DNA from: a bacterium
GTDB lineage: Bacteria > UBA8248
Direction of reading: 5' to 3'
Assembly: GCA_965207065.1 (NCBI GenBank)
Contig: OZ242260.1
Span: 3,904,001-3,968,000 of the forward strand
Length of the DNA stretch: 64,000 nt
The notes under the pieces were generated by a model. It was not told the origin of the DNA and made no database searches. It saw only the letters and a list, made by a program, of their open reading frames with translations. The position numbers and the translations under genes are program-made. Each line of letters opens with the position of its first letter. The stretch's first letter is position 1. Shown in pieces: positions 8,986-22,764 of this stretch.

Positions 8986-9786
8986 TCAAGCGTCCGTTTC
9001 TTCGGGCCCCGGAGCAGCCTCGGGCGGCAGCTTGTCGCCATAGTCCACCTGCACAAGCGCCAAGCCCTGGGGCGGCGCGTTGACGCCCGCCAGAGACCTG
9101 TCCTTCCCCGCGAGCACCTCTTGTACGGATTCGGCCTCGCGCTCCCCGCGGCCCACCTCCACCAGGACGCCGACCAGATTCCTCACCATGTGGCGCAGAA
9201 ATCCCCCCGCCGTCGCTTCGATGACCACCTCATCGCCCACGCGCTCCACGCTCAGGCGCTCCAGGCGGCGCACGGTGTCCTCGGGCCTGCCCTTCTCCCG
9301 GCAGAAGCTCGCGAAATCATGCTCGCCCTCCAGTATTTCCGCCGCCCGGCCCATCGCTTCCAAATCGAGGCGTTTTCGCACGTGCCAGGCGTATGGATGG
9401 CGGATGGCGCTCGGCGAGCGGCGATTGAGAATGCGGTAGCGATAGGTCTTGCGAACGGCGTCGAACTGGGCGTGAAAACCGCCCGGCGCCTCCCGGCAGT
9501 CGAAAATCGAGACGTCGCGGCACATCATGGTGTTCAGGCCGATACGCACCTTGTAGGGCTCGATACGAGAGCACGTATGAAAGTGCGCCACCTGCCCCCA
9601 TGCGTGGACGCCGGCGTCGGTGCGGCCCGAGCCGATGATGCGTACCGGCTCCCCGCACATCTTCGCGAGCGCGCCCTCTATTTCGCTCTGGACGGTTCGC
9701 TGGCCGGGCTGGGTCTGCCAGCCGTGAAAATTCGTGCCCTTGTACTCTATCCACAGAACGAGGCAGCGGGTGTTTTCGGCGTTCAT
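8986..9786 (-). CDS. truA: tRNA pseudouridine(38-40) synthase
   Basis: FHGWQTQ, GSGRTDAGVHAWGQ, GEHDFASF, FLRHMVRNLVG. Confidence 0.96.
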   Translation of the reverse strand: MNAENTRCLVLWIEYKGTNFHGWQTQPGQRTVQSEIEGALAKMCGEPVRIIGSGRTDAGVHAWGQVAHFHTCSRIEPYKVRIGLNTMMCRDVSIFDCREAPGGFHAQFDAVRKTYRYRILNRRSPSAIRHPYAWHVRKRLDLEAMGRAAEILEGEHDFASFCREKGRPEDTVRRLERLSVERVGDEVVIEATAGGFLRHMVRNLVGVLVEVGRGEREAESVQEVLAGKDRSLAGVNAPPQGLALVQVDYGDKLPPEAAPGPEETDA

Positions 9787-9798
9787 CGGGGAAAACGG

Positions 9799-12663
9799 TC
9801 AGGCGGGCTGTGAGTTCGAAAGCGTACCGTTCAACGCATCGCGAAGGGAATTGCCCGTTGCGGAAGTCTCGATTCCGGCGATTCGCTCGGGCGGGCCCTC
9901 GGCGAGCAGGTAACCGCCCTCCTCCCCTCCCTCGGGACCCAGGTCGATGATGTGGTCGACCGCCTTGATGACGTCGACGTTGTGCTCGATGACGACCACG
10001 GTATTGCCCTGGTCGACCAGGCGGTGCAGCACGTCCAGCAGCTTTTCGATGTCCGCGAAGTGAAGCCCCGTTGTCGGCTCGTCGAGAATGTACACCGTCC
10101 TGCCGGTGGCCCGCTTGGCGAGTTCTCTCGAAAGCTTGATGCGCTGGGCCTCGCCGCCGCTCAGCGTCGTAGCCGGCTGGCCCAGACGCAGGTAGCCCAG
10201 ACCCACGTCCTGCATCGTCTTCAACTTCCAGCGCACCGCGTTGATGTTCTCGAAAAACACCAGGGCATCATCCACCGTCATCTCCAGCACCTCGGCGATG
10301 TTGCGGCCCTTGTAGCGGACGTCGAGCGTGTCTCGGTTGAAGCGCCTGCCCTGGCACTCCGAGCAGCGCACGAACAAATCGGGCAAGAAGTGCATTTCGA
10401 GCCGGATGTAGCCGTCCCCCTGACAGGTCTCGCAGCGTCCCCCCTTGACGTTGAAGCTGAAGCGTCCCGCGAGATAGCCGCGCTTTCTCGCCTCGGGCAC
10501 CTGGGAGAAAAGGTTGCGAATCGGTGAGAAAACGCCCGTGTAGGTGGCCGGGTTGCTCCTCGGCGTCCGCCCGATGGGCGATTGATCGATGGCGATGACC
10601 TTGTCGATGAGTTCGGCGCCTTCGATGGAATCGTGCGCGCCGGGCGTGGCGAGCGATCGGTAAATCTGCCGTGAAAGCGCGCGATAGAGAATCTCGTCCA
10701 CCAGGGTGCTCTTGCCGCTGCCGCTCACGCCGGTGACGCAGATGAGCAAGCCGAGCGGAAAATCGACATCCACGTTCTTGAGATTGTGCTGCCGCGCCCC
10801 CCGGATGGAGATGCAGTCCCCGCTCGGCGCGCGGCGCTGCTCCGGGCGGGGGATATCGACTTCGCCGGACAGGTATCGCCCCGTCAGTGAGGCGGCGTTC
10901 GAGCGGATATCGTCCGGCGCGCCGCAGGCCACGAGGTACCCGCCGTGCTCGCCCGCGCCGGGGCCCAAATCCACCACGTAGTCGGCCGATTCGATGGTCT
11001 CGCGATCGTGTTCGACGACGATGATCGTGTTGCCCATGTCGCGGAGGCGGCACAGCGTATCGAGAAGGCGGCGGTTGTCGCGCTGGTGCAAGCCGATGCT
11101 CGGCTCATCGAGCACGTACAAGACGCCCACCAGGCTCGAGCCGATCTGGCTCGCCAGCCGGATGCGCTGCCCTTCGCCTCCCGCAAGCGTGCCCGAGGGC
11201 CGCTCCAGCGTGAGGTAGTTAAGCCCCACCTTTTCGAGAAATTCGAGCCGCTCGATGATTTCCTTCAAAATGCGCTCCGCCACGAGGTCGGCGCCATCCG
11301 CGCGGTTTTGCTCTTCGAAAAAGGCGCGCAGATTCTTGATGCTCATGGCGGAGACCTCGGCGATACTTTTTCCGCCATAGGTCACGGCGAGGCTCTCGGG
11401 CTTCAGGCGTCCACCCGAGCAGGCCTCGCACGGCATGACGCTCATGTATTTTTCCAAATCCGCCCGCATTCCCTCGCTCGACGTATTCTCTATACGATCA
11501 GCAAGAGCGGGTATGACGCCCGGGAAAACGCGCTCACGCCTAAGCGTGCGCCTCCCCGTCTTGTGGCGGATTTTCAGCTTCCCGCCCTTGCTCCCGTAGA
11601 ACAGGATGTTCCTGTGTCTCTTGGAGAGTTTCGCAAAGGGCCTGTCCACCGGAATCTTTTCGGCCTCGATGACCGCGCGCAGGGTGGAAGCCAGAAAGCT
11701 CTTGCTCCCCGAGAGGGGGGCGATGGCCCCCTCATCGAGCGTGAGCCCGGGGTCGGGGACGATTTTCTCCTCATCCATGCGGTGCACCACGCCCAGTCCG
11801 CCGCATTCCGTACACGCGCCGTAGGGGCTGTTGAAGGAGAACATGCGCGGGGCCATTTCGGGGATGTTCACGCCGCACTCCGCGCAGGTGCACTCCTCGC
11901 TGAAGAGATACTCGGTGCCATTGTCTTCGAGGAAAATCACCAGCCCCTTCGCGAGGCCCAGGGCCGTCTCGATGGATTCGCCGAGGCGATTTTCCACGCC
12001 TGCGCGCAGGACAACGTGATCCACCACCACCTCGATGTTGTGCGTCATGTGGCGGTTGAGCGATATCTCCTCGCCCAGGCGGAAAAAGCGCCCGTCCACG
12101 CGCACTCTCAAGTATCCCTTACGCTCCAGGTCCTCGAATTCCTTGCGGTATATCCCCTTGCGGCCCCGCACGATGGGGGCGAGGATTTCGAGTTCTTTTC
12201 CTTTGCCCAAGCCCATTGCGCGGCTCACCATCTGCTCCACGTTGAGCGCGTTCATGGATTGTCCGCACGAGGGGCAGTGCGGCAGACCCAGGCGGGCGTA
12301 GAGCAGCCTCAGGTGATCGTATATCTCCGTCACGGTGCCGACGGTGGAGCGCGGGTTCTTGCTCACCGTCTTCTGTTCGATAGCGATGGTGGGCGAGAGG
12401 CCCTCGATGGAATCGACATCCGGCTTGCCTATCTGGTCGATGAACTGGCGCGCATAGGCGGAGAGGGATTCGATGTAGCGGCGCTGCCCCTCGCCGTAGA
12501 GGGTGTCGAAGGCGAGCGAACTCTTGCCCGAGCCGCTCAGACCCGTGATGACGATGAGCTTATCCCGCGGCATGTCGAGGCTCAGGTCCTTGAGGTTGTG
12601 CTCGCGCGCACCCCGGACCCGGATTTGCCTCTCCCGCCGCTTTCTTCCGTTCAGGGACGACAT
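9799..12663 (-). CDS. uvrA: Excinuclease ABC subunit A
   Basis: [18 protein letters not shown], zinc-finger CxxC pairs, second Walker [18 protein letters not shown]. Confidence 0.98.
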   Translation of the reverse strand: MSSLNGRKRRERQIRVRGAREHNLKDLSLDMPRDKLIVITGLSGSGKSSLAFDTLYGEGQRRYIESLSAYARQFIDQIGKPDVDSIEGLSPTIAIEQKTVSKNPRSTVGTVTEIYDHLRLLYARLGLPHCPSCGQSMNALNVEQMVSRAMGLGKGKELEILAPIVRGRKGIYRKEFEDLERKGYLRVRVDGRFFRLGEEISLNRHMTHNIEVVVDHVVLRAGVENRLGESIETALGLAKGLVIFLEDNGTEYLFSEECTCAECGVNIPEMAPRMFSFNSPYGACTECGGLGVVHRMDEEKIVPDPGLTLDEGAIAPLSGSKSFLASTLRAVIEAEKIPVDRPFAKLSKRHRNILFYGSKGGKLKIRHKTGRRTLRRERVFPGVIPALADRIENTSSEGMRADLEKYMSVMPCEACSGGRLKPESLAVTYGGKSIAEVSAMSIKNLRAFFEEQNRADGADLVAERILKEIIERLEFLEKVGLNYLTLERPSGTLAGGEGQRIRLASQIGSSLVGVLYVLDEPSIGLHQRDNRRLLDTLCRLRDMGNTIIVVEHDRETIESADYVVDLGPGAGEHGGYLVACGAPDDIRSNAASLTGRYLSGEVDIPRPEQRRAPSGDCISIRGARQHNLKNVDVDFPLGLLICVTGVSGSGKSTLVDEILYRALSRQIYRSLATPGAHDSIEGAELIDKVIAIDQSPIGRTPRSNPATYTGVFSPIRNLFSQVPEARKRGYLAGRFSFNVKGGRCETCQGDGYIRLEMHFLPDLFVRCSECQGRRFNRDTLDVRYKGRNIAEVLEMTVDDALVFFENINAVRWKLKTMQDVGLGYLRLGQPATTLSGGEAQRIKLSRELAKRATGRTVYILDEPTTGLHFADIEKLLDVLHRLVDQGNTVVVIEHNVDVIKAVDHIIDLGPEGGEEGGYLLAEGPPERIAGIETSATGNSLRDALNGTLSNSQPA

Positions 12664-12724
12664 GTGCTCTCCCGGCGCGCGCCGCCGCGCGGGGCCTCGC
12701 GCAGGGGCGAGGCGATGAGCGGGC

Positions 12725-13498
12725 CTAGTAAAAGATGAGCCCGCCCGTCACGTTGATGTCCTGGGCGGTCATGTGAACGGCCTCCTCGGAAGCCAGGAAA
12801 ACGCACAGGGCGGCGTGATCCTCCGCGTCGACGAGCGTCTTGAGCGCCGCCGGTGCGGTGAAGGTCTGCTTCGCCTCCTCGAAGGATGTGCCGAAACTCT
12901 CCGCCATGTTCTCGATGACGCTGTCGATGCGCGGGCCCGAGGTGGCCCCGGGGCAGATCGCGTTCACCGTGACGCCGTATTCGCCGAGTTCGAACGCGAG
13001 GGTGCGCGTCAAGCCGATGACCGCCATCTTGGACGACGTGTAGGGCGTGCGGTTCGGCAGGGGGCGCTTGCCGCTCATCGAACTGATGTTGATGATGCGC
13101 CCGTACCTGTTTTTCTTCAACGTGGGGATGACGTGCTTGGTCATCAGGAACGCGCCCGTGACGTTGACCTCGAAGCACTCCTCCCACTCCCCGCGCGTCA
13201 CGTCCTCACACGCCTTTGTTGGGCCGGCGACGCCGGAGTTGTTTACGAGAATGTCAATGGTCCCGAACCCGGCGAGCGTCTTCTCGACGAGTTTCTCAAT
13301 CGCGGCCTCGTCCGTGAGGTCGGTGGGGACGACGAGGGAGGCGCCGTCCGGCATCTCGGCGGCGGTTTCCTCCAGATTCCCGACCGAGCGCGCGGCGAGC
13401 ACGACCTTCGCCCCCTCGCGCGCAAACGTAAGCGCGATGACCTTGCCGATTCCCTGCCCCGCCCCGGTGACGATGGCGACTTTATCCTTCAAACGCAT
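12725..13498 (-). CDS. SDR-family NAD(P)-dependent oxidoreductase
   Basis: Start reassigned to MRLKDKVAIVTGAGQGIG (13498); NNSG, catalytic YTSSK. Confidence 0.9.
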   Translation of the reverse strand: MRLKDKVAIVTGAGQGIGKVIALTFAREGAKVVLAARSVGNLEETAAEMPDGASLVVPTDLTDEAAIEKLVEKTLAGFGTIDILVNNSGVAGPTKACEDVTRGEWEECFEVNVTGAFLMTKHVIPTLKKNRYGRIINISSMSGKRPLPNRTPYTSSKMAVIGLTRTLAFELGEYGVTVNAICPGATSGPRIDSVIENMAESFGTSFEEAKQTFTAPAALKTLVDAEDHAALCVFLASEEAVHMTAQDINVTGGLIFY

Positions 13499-13544
13499 TG
13501 TATGACTTCTCCCGTTATTCCATGCACGAAAGTGTGAATTTTCT

Positions 13545-13967
13545 TTATTCGTCCGCGGGCAGCTCCACTCCCGGGAACCAGTAACCCAGCTCGAAAGCGG
13601 CGGTATCCGGCGCGTCGGAGCCGTGCGTGGAGTTTCGCTCGATGCTCTCGCCCAATTCCGCGCGAATCGTTCCCGGATCGGCGTCTGCAGGGTTCGTGGC
13701 ACCCATCACGTCGCGCCAGCGCCTGATGGCGTCCTCGCGCTCGAGCGCCAGGACCACCGTTCGGCCTGAAGACATGAACGTCGTGAGATCGCCGAAGAAG
13801 GGGCGCTCCCTGTGAACGGCGTAAAAACCCTCCGCCTGGACTTTCGACATGTGGACGAGCTTCATCCCCAGAACCTCGAAACCCTCCTCCTCGATGCGCG
13901 AGAGAATCCTGCCGCTCAGGCCGCGCGCGGTGGCGTCGGGCTTTATCATTGCGAACGTGCGTTCCAT
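13545..13967 (-). CDS. ndk: Nucleoside diphosphate kinase
   Basis: [29 protein letters not shown]. Confidence 0.97.
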   Translation of the reverse strand: MERTFAMIKPDATARGLSGRILSRIEEEGFEVLGMKLVHMSKVQAEGFYAVHRERPFFGDLTTFMSSGRTVVLALEREDAIRRWRDVMGATNPADADPGTIRAELGESIERNSTHGSDAPDTAAFELGYWFPGVELPADE

Positions 13968-13994
13968 GTGCTGTTTCCCTTTCCGTGTATGTCG

Positions 13995-14891
13995 TTATGC
14001 CTTGCCCAGCGCCCTGGCCATGGTGAGGCCCATTTCGGCCGGACTTTCGGTGACGTGAATGCCGCATTCGTCCATGACCCGCATCTTCTCGGCCGCGGTT
14101 CCCTCCCCGCCCGAGATGATCGCGCCCGCGTGGCCCATTCGCCGGCCCGGAGGAGCCGTCTGGCCCGCGATGAAGCCCACGAGCGGCTTCGTGACGTTCT
14201 CTTTGGCCCAACGCGCCGCGTCCTGCTCGGCGGAGCCGCCGATCTCGCCGATCACGATGATGGCCTCTGTCGCAGGATCCTCCTCGAACATGCGCAAGAG
14301 ATCGATATACATCGTGCCGATGACAGGGTCGCCGCCGATTCCCACGCAGGTGGTCTGGCCCAGACCCTGTTCCGTAAGCTGGGCGACGACTTCATACGTG
14401 AGCGTGCCGCTCTTCGAGATGACGCCGATGGTGCCTTCCTTGTGAATATGGCCCGGCATGATGCCCATCTTGCAGCCGCCGGGGGTGATGACGCCCGGGC
14501 AGTTGGGGCCGATGAGGACGGCGCCGCTATCTTCCATGTGGCGTTTCACATACACCATGTCGCGCACCGGAATACCCTCCGTGATGCATACCACGAGCGG
14601 CAAATCCGCATCCACGGCCTCCACGATGGCGTCCGCCGCGAAGGGGGGCGGCACGAATATGAGAGAGGCGTTCGCGCCCGTCTCGCGAACCGCATCGGCC
14701 ACCGTGTTGAACACGGGCACGCCGTCCGCCTCCTGCCCGCCCTTGCCGGGCGTAACGCCGGCCACCACTGCGCCGCCGCCGCCAGCGAACTCGCGGCTGT
14801 ACTTTTGACACTGTCCGGCGTGAAAGCCTCCTTCGCGCCCGGTGATGCCCTGCACGAGGATGCGCGTCTCTTTGTCGATCAGAATACTCAA
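13995..14891 (-). CDS. sucD: Succinyl-CoA synthetase alpha subunit
   Basis: [28 protein letters not shown]. Confidence 0.97.
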   Translation of the reverse strand: MSILIDKETRILVQGITGREGGFHAGQCQKYSREFAGGGGAVVAGVTPGKGGQEADGVPVFNTVADAVRETGANASLIFVPPPFAADAIVEAVDADLPLVVCITEGIPVRDMVYVKRHMEDSGAVLIGPNCPGVITPGGCKMGIMPGHIHKEGTIGVISKSGTLTYEVVAQLTEQGLGQTTCVGIGGDPVIGTMYIDLLRMFEEDPATEAIIVIGEIGGSAEQDAARWAKENVTKPLVGFIAGQTAPPGRRMGHAGAIISGGEGTAAEKMRVMDECGIHVTESPAEMGLTMARALGKA

Positions 14892-14902
14892 AACCAGACC
14901 CC

Positions 14903-16063
14903 CTAGCGGTTAAGGGCCGCAACCACCTTATCGGCGGAATCGGCCATGCCTTTGCCCACGGTGAAATCGAGACCCGAGCCTTCGAGTATCTCGCGACCCT
15001 TCTCCACGTTCGTCCCCTCCATGCGGATGATGATGGGCACGCCTACGTTTACGGTCTTGACGGCCTCCACGACGCCCTCCGCCAGAATGTCGCAGCGCAG
15101 GATGCCGCCGAAGATGTTGATGAAGACGGCCTTCACGTCCGGATCGTCCATGAGGATGCGGAAGGCGTTCTCGACCATCTCCTTGCTCGCGCCGCCGCCG
15201 ACGTCCAGGAAGTTCGCGGGCGCAGCGCCTGCGAGCTTGATGATGTCCATCGTCGCCATGGCGAGGCCGGCGCCGTTCACCATGCAGGCGACCGAGCCGT
15301 CGAGCTTGATGTAGTTGAGATTGAACTTCGAGGCCTCGACCTCGAGCGGGTCTTCTTCGTCCTCATCGCGCATCGCGGCCACCTCCTCGTGGCGGTAGAG
15401 CGCGTTGTCGTCGAAGTTCACCTTGGCGTCGAGCGCCAGAATGCGGCCGTCCTTCGTCTGCACCAGGGGGTTGATCTCGAGGAGCGAAGCGTCCATTTCG
15501 TCATAGAACCGGTAAAGATTCGTGACGAATTTGACCCCCTCGCGAACGAGTTCGGCGGGTAAATCCAGACCATAAACGACGCGCCGCGCGGTCGAGGGCC
15601 AGACGGAAAGCGCCGGATCGACGGGAACCTTGAGGAGCTTTTCGGGCGTTTTCGCGGCCACCTCTTCAATGTCCATACCGCCCTCGGTGCTCGCCATGAC
15701 GGTGGGGCGGCCCGTGGCGCGGTCGAGCACGACCCCGAGATAAAGCTCGCGCTCGATGTCGCTCGCCTCCTCCACCCATACCTTCTTGACCAGACGGCCC
15801 TCCGGCCCCGTCTGGTGCGTCACCAGCGTCATGCCGAGAATCTGCGAGGCAACTTCTTTCGCCTCGGCAGGCGTCGCCGCCAGCTTGACGCCGCCGCCCT
15901 TGCCGCGCCCGCCGGCGTGAATCTGCGCCTTGACGACCACCGTGCCGCCCAGATCCGTAGCGATGCGCTCGGCCTCGTCCGCCGTCTCGGCGACCCCGCC
16001 CTTCGGGACGGCCACGCCGTATTTCGCGAGCAATTCCTTGCCTTGGTACTCGTGGATGTTCAT
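14903..16063 (-). CDS. sucC: Succinyl-CoA synthetase beta subunit
   Basis: [40 protein letters not shown]. Confidence 0.97.
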   Translation of the reverse strand: MNIHEYQGKELLAKYGVAVPKGGVAETADEAERIATDLGGTVVVKAQIHAGGRGKGGGVKLAATPAEAKEVASQILGMTLVTHQTGPEGRLVKKVWVEEASDIERELYLGVVLDRATGRPTVMASTEGGMDIEEVAAKTPEKLLKVPVDPALSVWPSTARRVVYGLDLPAELVREGVKFVTNLYRFYDEMDASLLEINPLVQTKDGRILALDAKVNFDDNALYRHEEVAAMRDEDEEDPLEVEASKFNLNYIKLDGSVACMVNGAGLAMATMDIIKLAGAAPANFLDVGGGASKEMVENAFRILMDDPDVKAVFINIFGGILRCDILAEGVVEAVKTVNVGVPIIIRMEGTNVEKGREILEGSGLDFTVGKGMADSADKVVAALNR

Positions 16064-16164
16064 CCAACCCCTCCAGAATCAATGCGACAATTGAATGTCA
16101 ATAATGAGACATCGTGTGTAAGTTTCGCGTCTCGAAAGTCAAGCCTGAAACGCACGAGCGAACA

Positions 16165-16710
16165 TTACCTGGCAAATTCCTTGAAACCTTCCGCGAAAAT
16201 ATCTTTCCCCCGGCAGTCCACGGCGACCACGACCGGAAATCTCTCCACTACCAGCCTGCGAATCGCCTCGGTCCCCAAATCCTCATAAGCGATCAGTTCG
16301 ACCTCCTTGATCCGCTTCGCCAGCAGGGCGGCCGTTCCACCGATGGCCGCGAAGTAGACGGCCCGGTGTCTGGCGATGGACTCCACCACCGCCGGGCTCC
16401 TGCCCCCCTTGCCTATCATTCCGGTGAGGCCGAGTTCCAGCATCCTGGGCGTATAGGCGTCCATGCGGCCGCTCGTCGTGGGTCCCGCCGAGCCGATGAC
16501 GGCGCCCGGCTTGGGCGGCGTCGGCCCCACGTAGTAGAGCACCTGCCCCGCCACGTCGATAGGCAGGGCTTCACCGCGCGCCGCGTCCTCGAGCATCCGC
16601 ATGTGGGCCGCGTCCCGCGCCGTGTAGAGAACGCCGCTCAACTCGCACATATCCCCCATCGAGAGGGATGCCACAACATCGGGGTCGAGCGGCAGGTCGA
16701 TCGATTGCAT
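16165..16710 (-). CDS. Fe-S hydro-lyase (class I fumarate hydratase / tartrate dehydratase) beta subunit
   Basis: TARDAAH, GPTTSGRMD, MIGKG, EDLGTEAI; TCA operon context favours fumarase. Confidence 0.9.
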   Translation of the reverse strand: MQSIDLPLDPDVVASLSMGDMCELSGVLYTARDAAHMRMLEDAARGEALPIDVAGQVLYYVGPTPPKPGAVIGSAGPTTSGRMDAYTPRMLELGLTGMIGKGGRSPAVVESIARHRAVYFAAIGGTAALLAKRIKEVELIAYEDLGTEAIRRLVVERFPVVVAVDCRGKDIFAEGFKEFAR

Positions 16711-16711
16711 A

Positions 16712-17572
16712 TCAGAGGACCACCTCGGCGTGGCGATGCGCGTGGCACTCCACGTTCACGCAGATCGGCAACGCTCCGATGTGGCAGGCGTAGGTTTCGA
16801 CGTGCACTGCGATGCAGGTGGTATCCCCGCCCATGCCCATCGGTCCGACGCCGGTCCTGTTCACCGCCTCCAGAATATCTTTTTCGAGTTCAGCCACGAG
16901 GGGGTCGGGGTTGGGCTCGCCCAGTTCCCGAAACAATGCCCATTTCGCCTGAAGCGCCGCCTTTTCAATCGAACCGCCAAGGCCGATACCCAACAGAACC
17001 GGCGGACACGGGTTTCCCCCCGAGTTGAAAACGTGGTCGACAATCGTCCGGATTACTCCCTCGCGGCCATCCGAGGGCTTGAGCATGCGCGCCATGCTCA
17101 TGTTTTCGGCCCCCGTTCCCTTCGCGGCGAAATAGAGCTTCAGGCGATCGCCATCGACGACGCGGTAGTGGATGACGGCGGGCGTGTTGTCCCTGGTGTT
17201 CACACGGCGAAGCGGATCGTTCACCACCGAGCCGCGCAGATAGCCGTCCCGGTAGCCCCGGCGAATCCCTTCGTTGATGGCGTCCTCCAGAAGCCCGCCC
17301 TCGATGCGGACGTCCTGCCCCACTTCGGCGAAGACGATGGAAACGCCCGTGTCCTGGCAATAGGGCACGCGCTCCGCGGACGCCAGGGCCGCGTTCTCGG
17401 TGATCTGGTCGAGCACCATGAGGCCCAAGGATGAGGTTTCACCCGCTTTCGCCTCTTCGACCTTGCGCACGTACGCGGGGTCGACATGGTAGTTCGACTC
17501 GATGGACATCTCGCGAATACTGGCCGTCACATCGCCTGCGTCTATCGTTCGCATCGCACGTCCATCTCCCAC
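16712..17572 (-). CDS. Fe-S hydro-lyase (class I fumarate hydratase / tartrate dehydratase) alpha subunit
   Basis: PYCQDTG, NTRDNTPA, GGNPCPP, ECHAHRH; start may be 17554. Confidence 0.9.
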   Translation of the reverse strand: MGDGRAMRTIDAGDVTASIREMSIESNYHVDPAYVRKVEEAKAGETSSLGLMVLDQITENAALASAERVPYCQDTGVSIVFAEVGQDVRIEGGLLEDAINEGIRRGYRDGYLRGSVVNDPLRRVNTRDNTPAVIHYRVVDGDRLKLYFAAKGTGAENMSMARMLKPSDGREGVIRTIVDHVFNSGGNPCPPVLLGIGLGGSIEKAALQAKWALFRELGEPNPDPLVAELEKDILEAVNRTGVGPMGMGGDTTCIAVHVETYACHIGALPICVNVECHAHRHAEVVL

Positions 17573-17595
17573 GACTGTCCGGCGCCGCAGCGCGC

Positions 17596-19796
<2,201 letters not shown>

Positions 19797-20111
19797 TCAA
19801 TGTTCCCCTTAAGTTTCGTCATGCGAAAAAATTCGTCGCCGAAATTACGAGTAAAACGAAAAAAACGGTTGCTCCCAAAGATAAAATCCGCCGACCAGGC
19901 CCCGAAAGAATATTCAGGGGCAAAACGCTCGTCACTCCATAAAACGAACTTTACCGCCCTCTCCTTATCACGTCCCCCGCTCCGATGCCAGCCCAGGGGG
20001 AGAAGATTTTTTCATCGCCCGGAGGCCTCGAAATCCGGTTGGAACTCGAGGATCGATTCTGATAGGGTGGAGGTGATTTTCAGGTGGCTCAATACCGGTC
20101 GGTAAAGGTGA

Positions 20112-20157
20112 ACAATTCGATAAATATAGATAAATTCACGGTGTTTTTCGATAAATT
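20112..20157. repeat. Left copy of a 46-bp inverted repeat (partner 32679-32724)
   Basis: ACAATTCGATAAATATAGATAAATTCACGGTGTTTTTCGATAAATT; its reverse complement matches 32679-32724 at 43/46. Confidence 0.9.
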
Positions 20158-20251
20158 ACCGAAGCACTACTGAGGCTCGCTTCAGCAAGGATACTCTCAT
20201 ATAACTCGTTCAAAGTCAACCAGTTACCCTCCCCCCGAGGCGCGGTTCGCC

Positions 20252-21085
20252 ATGGCGCAACGCAAAAGACAAAAACTCGGCCAACACTTCCTGCACGAGA
20301 AGAGATATCTCACGCAAATCGTTGAATTGGCGGACATTACGCCGGGTGAGGACGTGCTGGAAATCGGCGTGGGCGCAGGCGCCCTCACGCGGTACCTCCT
20401 AGATGCCGGCGCCATTATTTATGGAATCGAGATTGACGAGGCCCTCATTCCCGCCCTCAGGAAGATGGAGGATGAGCACGAGAGATTTCATCTGATTCAC
20501 GGCGACGCGCTCGATATCGACTACGCAGGCCTTCCCGATAAGATAAAACTTGTGGCGAATCTGCCCTACCAGGTCGCTTCGGCCATCATCTCGCAACTCA
20601 CTGAAAAAGTTGAGATATTTCCTCTCATGGTATTGATGGTGCAGCGTGAAGTGGGCGAGAGGCTTTGCGCTGCGCCGGGCGGCAAGGACTATGGTTCGCT
20701 CACTCTCTGGGTAGGGTATCGCTATAAAACGAGGCTATGTCAGGTGGTGCCCCCGGGCGCCTTTCGGCCTCCGCCAAAGGTCGACTCCGCGATTATCCGC
20801 CTAGAAGCAAGGGAGAAGCCCCTAGTAGATGTAGGAAATGAGAACCTCTATTTCCGTATCATCCAGGCGGGATTCGCACACCGCAGAAAAACGCTACTCA
20901 ACAATCTCAAATCATTGAAACTATGCCAGTTAAAAGATATGAACAGTTTTTACTCAAACCCAGAGGTTTTGCGAAACCTCCTTGAAAGAACAGGCATCGA
21001 CCCCAGCAGACGAGCCGAAACTCTCGAAGCTCAAGAATTCGCAATAATTGCCCGAGCGATGGAACCACTCATGGAGAACAAGTAG
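20252..21085 (+). CDS. rsmA: 16S rRNA m6,6A dimethyltransferase (KsgA)
   Basis: LGQHFL, VLEIGVGAGALT, VANLPY, MVQREV, FRPPPKVDS, HRRKTL. Confidence 0.96.
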   Translation: MAQRKRQKLGQHFLHEKRYLTQIVELADITPGEDVLEIGVGAGALTRYLLDAGAIIYGIEIDEALIPALRKMEDEHERFHLIHGDALDIDYAGLPDKIKLVANLPYQVASAIISQLTEKVEIFPLMVLMVQREVGERLCAAPGGKDYGSLTLWVGYRYKTRLCQVVPPGAFRPPPKVDSAIIRLEAREKPLVDVGNENLYFRIIQAGFAHRRKTLLNNLKSLKLCQLKDMNSFYSNPEVLRNLLERTGIDPSRRAETLEAQEFAIIARAMEPLMENK

Positions 21086-21088
21086 GCA

Positions 21089-21973
21089 TTGGCAACCAGA
21101 ATCTTGATTTACCGAATGGGAGCATTCGGGGACACACTGCTAATGACTTTATTATTCAAACAGTTACGCAGTCACTACGAGAAAGCTCACATCGCCCTGG
21201 CTGCAAACCCCAGAAATGCAGCACCGCTACTAGATTCGGGGTTGCTTCACGAAATTCTCGACGGGAACTCATCTCCTTTCCATCTCATGTATAACGACCA
21301 TCCACAAAAAAACGATGCTCTGTCTCGTCTAATCGAACGCTATGATAAGTGCATGTTCTACACTTCGGATATTTCAGGAGAACTCGTTAAAAGGTTGAAT
21401 GTAAATAAGTTGGAGAATTACTGTATTCACCCGCCTTTTCCACCTGCCTCGGAGGAAGTTCACATCTGCGAGTGGATGATGCGGCCATGGCCATTTGGGG
21501 ACGCTACCGAGAACGAGAAAATCACACTCATTCCTTCACACGATAATTTAATTATAGCTGATAACATATTGAATAAATATGCTATTGAGGGCGATTTTTT
21601 TATCATCCATCCGGGCGGCGGCGGAAAGAGCAAATGGGTTCCCCCTCGTATTCTCGCCAATAAGGTACGAAGGCATGCAGATGAAACAGCCCAGCGGTCT
21701 TTCGTGATAGAAGGACCAGCGGATTCAGTCGCTTGCGAGGAATTTCAGAGGCTGTCAGGAGATTCCATTCCCGTTATCAAGGGTATAACACCCAAAGTAT
21801 TAAGTGCTCTTCTTTCAAAATCTTCCGCATATTTTGGAGGGGATTCCGGCGTTTCACACCTCGCTTCTCTTTTCGCACCTTGCTCAACGATATTATATGG
21901 CCCAGATTCCGACATGCGGGTTTGGCACCCAATAGGCTCAGGCACGCTCTGCATTCCATGGGAAACTATATGA
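21089..21973 (+). CDS. Glycosyltransferase family 9 (LPS heptosyltransferase-like)
   Basis: RMGAFGDTLL, IIHPGGGGKSKW, GGDSGVSHLA, LYGP...WHP. Confidence 0.85.
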   Translation: MATRILIYRMGAFGDTLLMTLLFKQLRSHYEKAHIALAANPRNAAPLLDSGLLHEILDGNSSPFHLMYNDHPQKNDALSRLIERYDKCMFYTSDISGELVKRLNVNKLENYCIHPPFPPASEEVHICEWMMRPWPFGDATENEKITLIPSHDNLIIADNILNKYAIEGDFFIIHPGGGGKSKWVPPRILANKVRRHADETAQRSFVIEGPADSVACEEFQRLSGDSIPVIKGITPKVLSALLSKSSAYFGGDSGVSHLASLFAPCSTILYGPDSDMRVWHPIGSGTLCIPWETI

Positions 21974-22033
21974 GGTCAGATAGTTTTTTGAACTAGTTGT
22001 GGCAGAATTGATGTAACCCCAACAAAAATAAAA

Positions 22034-22762
22034 TCAACTGATAATACTCGCCAGCCTGCCCCAGCGCGGTGAACCCGAATCTCCGTTCCAAGACCAGTAA
22101 ATCATGAAAGCTGAACCACGAATCTTATCGTCCCAACACGGCGCAGACCATAACGAACATGGAAAAGGCAACCCAAAAACATAACCCGCAAAACGGATAG
22201 GTATATGATTCACGTGCTCACCCATTTTCAAAAAACCCCAAAAACGGCTGTCTTGGCTATTGTTTCGATTGTCCCCCAGCATAAACAGGTGCCCTGGCGG
22301 AACTTTTTGTGGCCCCCATTTGCTCTCAAATCCTACAGAGGGACCATTTGGCTTGAAACGCACATATTTTTCATCCAGCGGCACACATTTTTCCGGCGTA
22401 TTCGGCGAGGCACAGTTGATAAACACTTTTCCCCCTCGAACCATCACCTCCTCACCCGGCAAAGCAATAACACGCTTGATAAAATCCCGTCGTTCATCTT
22501 TAGGAAACCTGAAAACGATAATATCTCCGCGTTTGGGCTCACGGAACCAATATATGAATTTATTGACGAGTATATGGTCGCCGACTAGGAGAGTATTTTC
22601 CATCGAGCCCGAGGGTATCTTGAATGCTTGCACTACAAATGTGCGCACAAACATAGCCAACAACAAAGCAATAATTATTGCTTCAGCATATTCACGAAAA
22701 GTTGATTTGGATTTACGCTTACGCTTCTCGCTCTTGCGTGTTGCTAAACTGGCATCCGACAC
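22034..22762 (-). CDS. lepB: Signal peptidase I
   Basis: IPSGSMENTL, FIKRVIALPG, LGDNRNNSQDSRFWG; follows lepA. Confidence 0.96.
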   Translation of the reverse strand: MSDASLATRKSEKRKRKSKSTFREYAEAIIIALLLAMFVRTFVVQAFKIPSGSMENTLLVGDHILVNKFIYWFREPKRGDIIVFRFPKDERRDFIKRVIALPGEEVMVRGGKVFINCASPNTPEKCVPLDEKYVRFKPNGPSVGFESKWGPQKVPPGHLFMLGDNRNNSQDSRFWGFLKMGEHVNHIPIRFAGYVFGLPFPCSLWSAPCWDDKIRGSAFMIYWSWNGDSGSPRWGRLASIIS

Positions 22763-22764
22763 AT

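Noticed and set aside
10945-12738. Long plus-strand ORFs (also 6643-7947, 39277-41220, 44690-46345, 51349-52944, and minus-strand 58469-60025)
   Set aside because: Shadow ORFs antisense to clearly identified genes; expected at high GC.
20112-20230. oriC or Tn7-like transposon end interpretation of the 46-mer
   Set aside because: No DnaA-box cluster or dnaA/parAB nearby; no terminal TGT...ACA in the required orientation, no target duplication, no tns genes.
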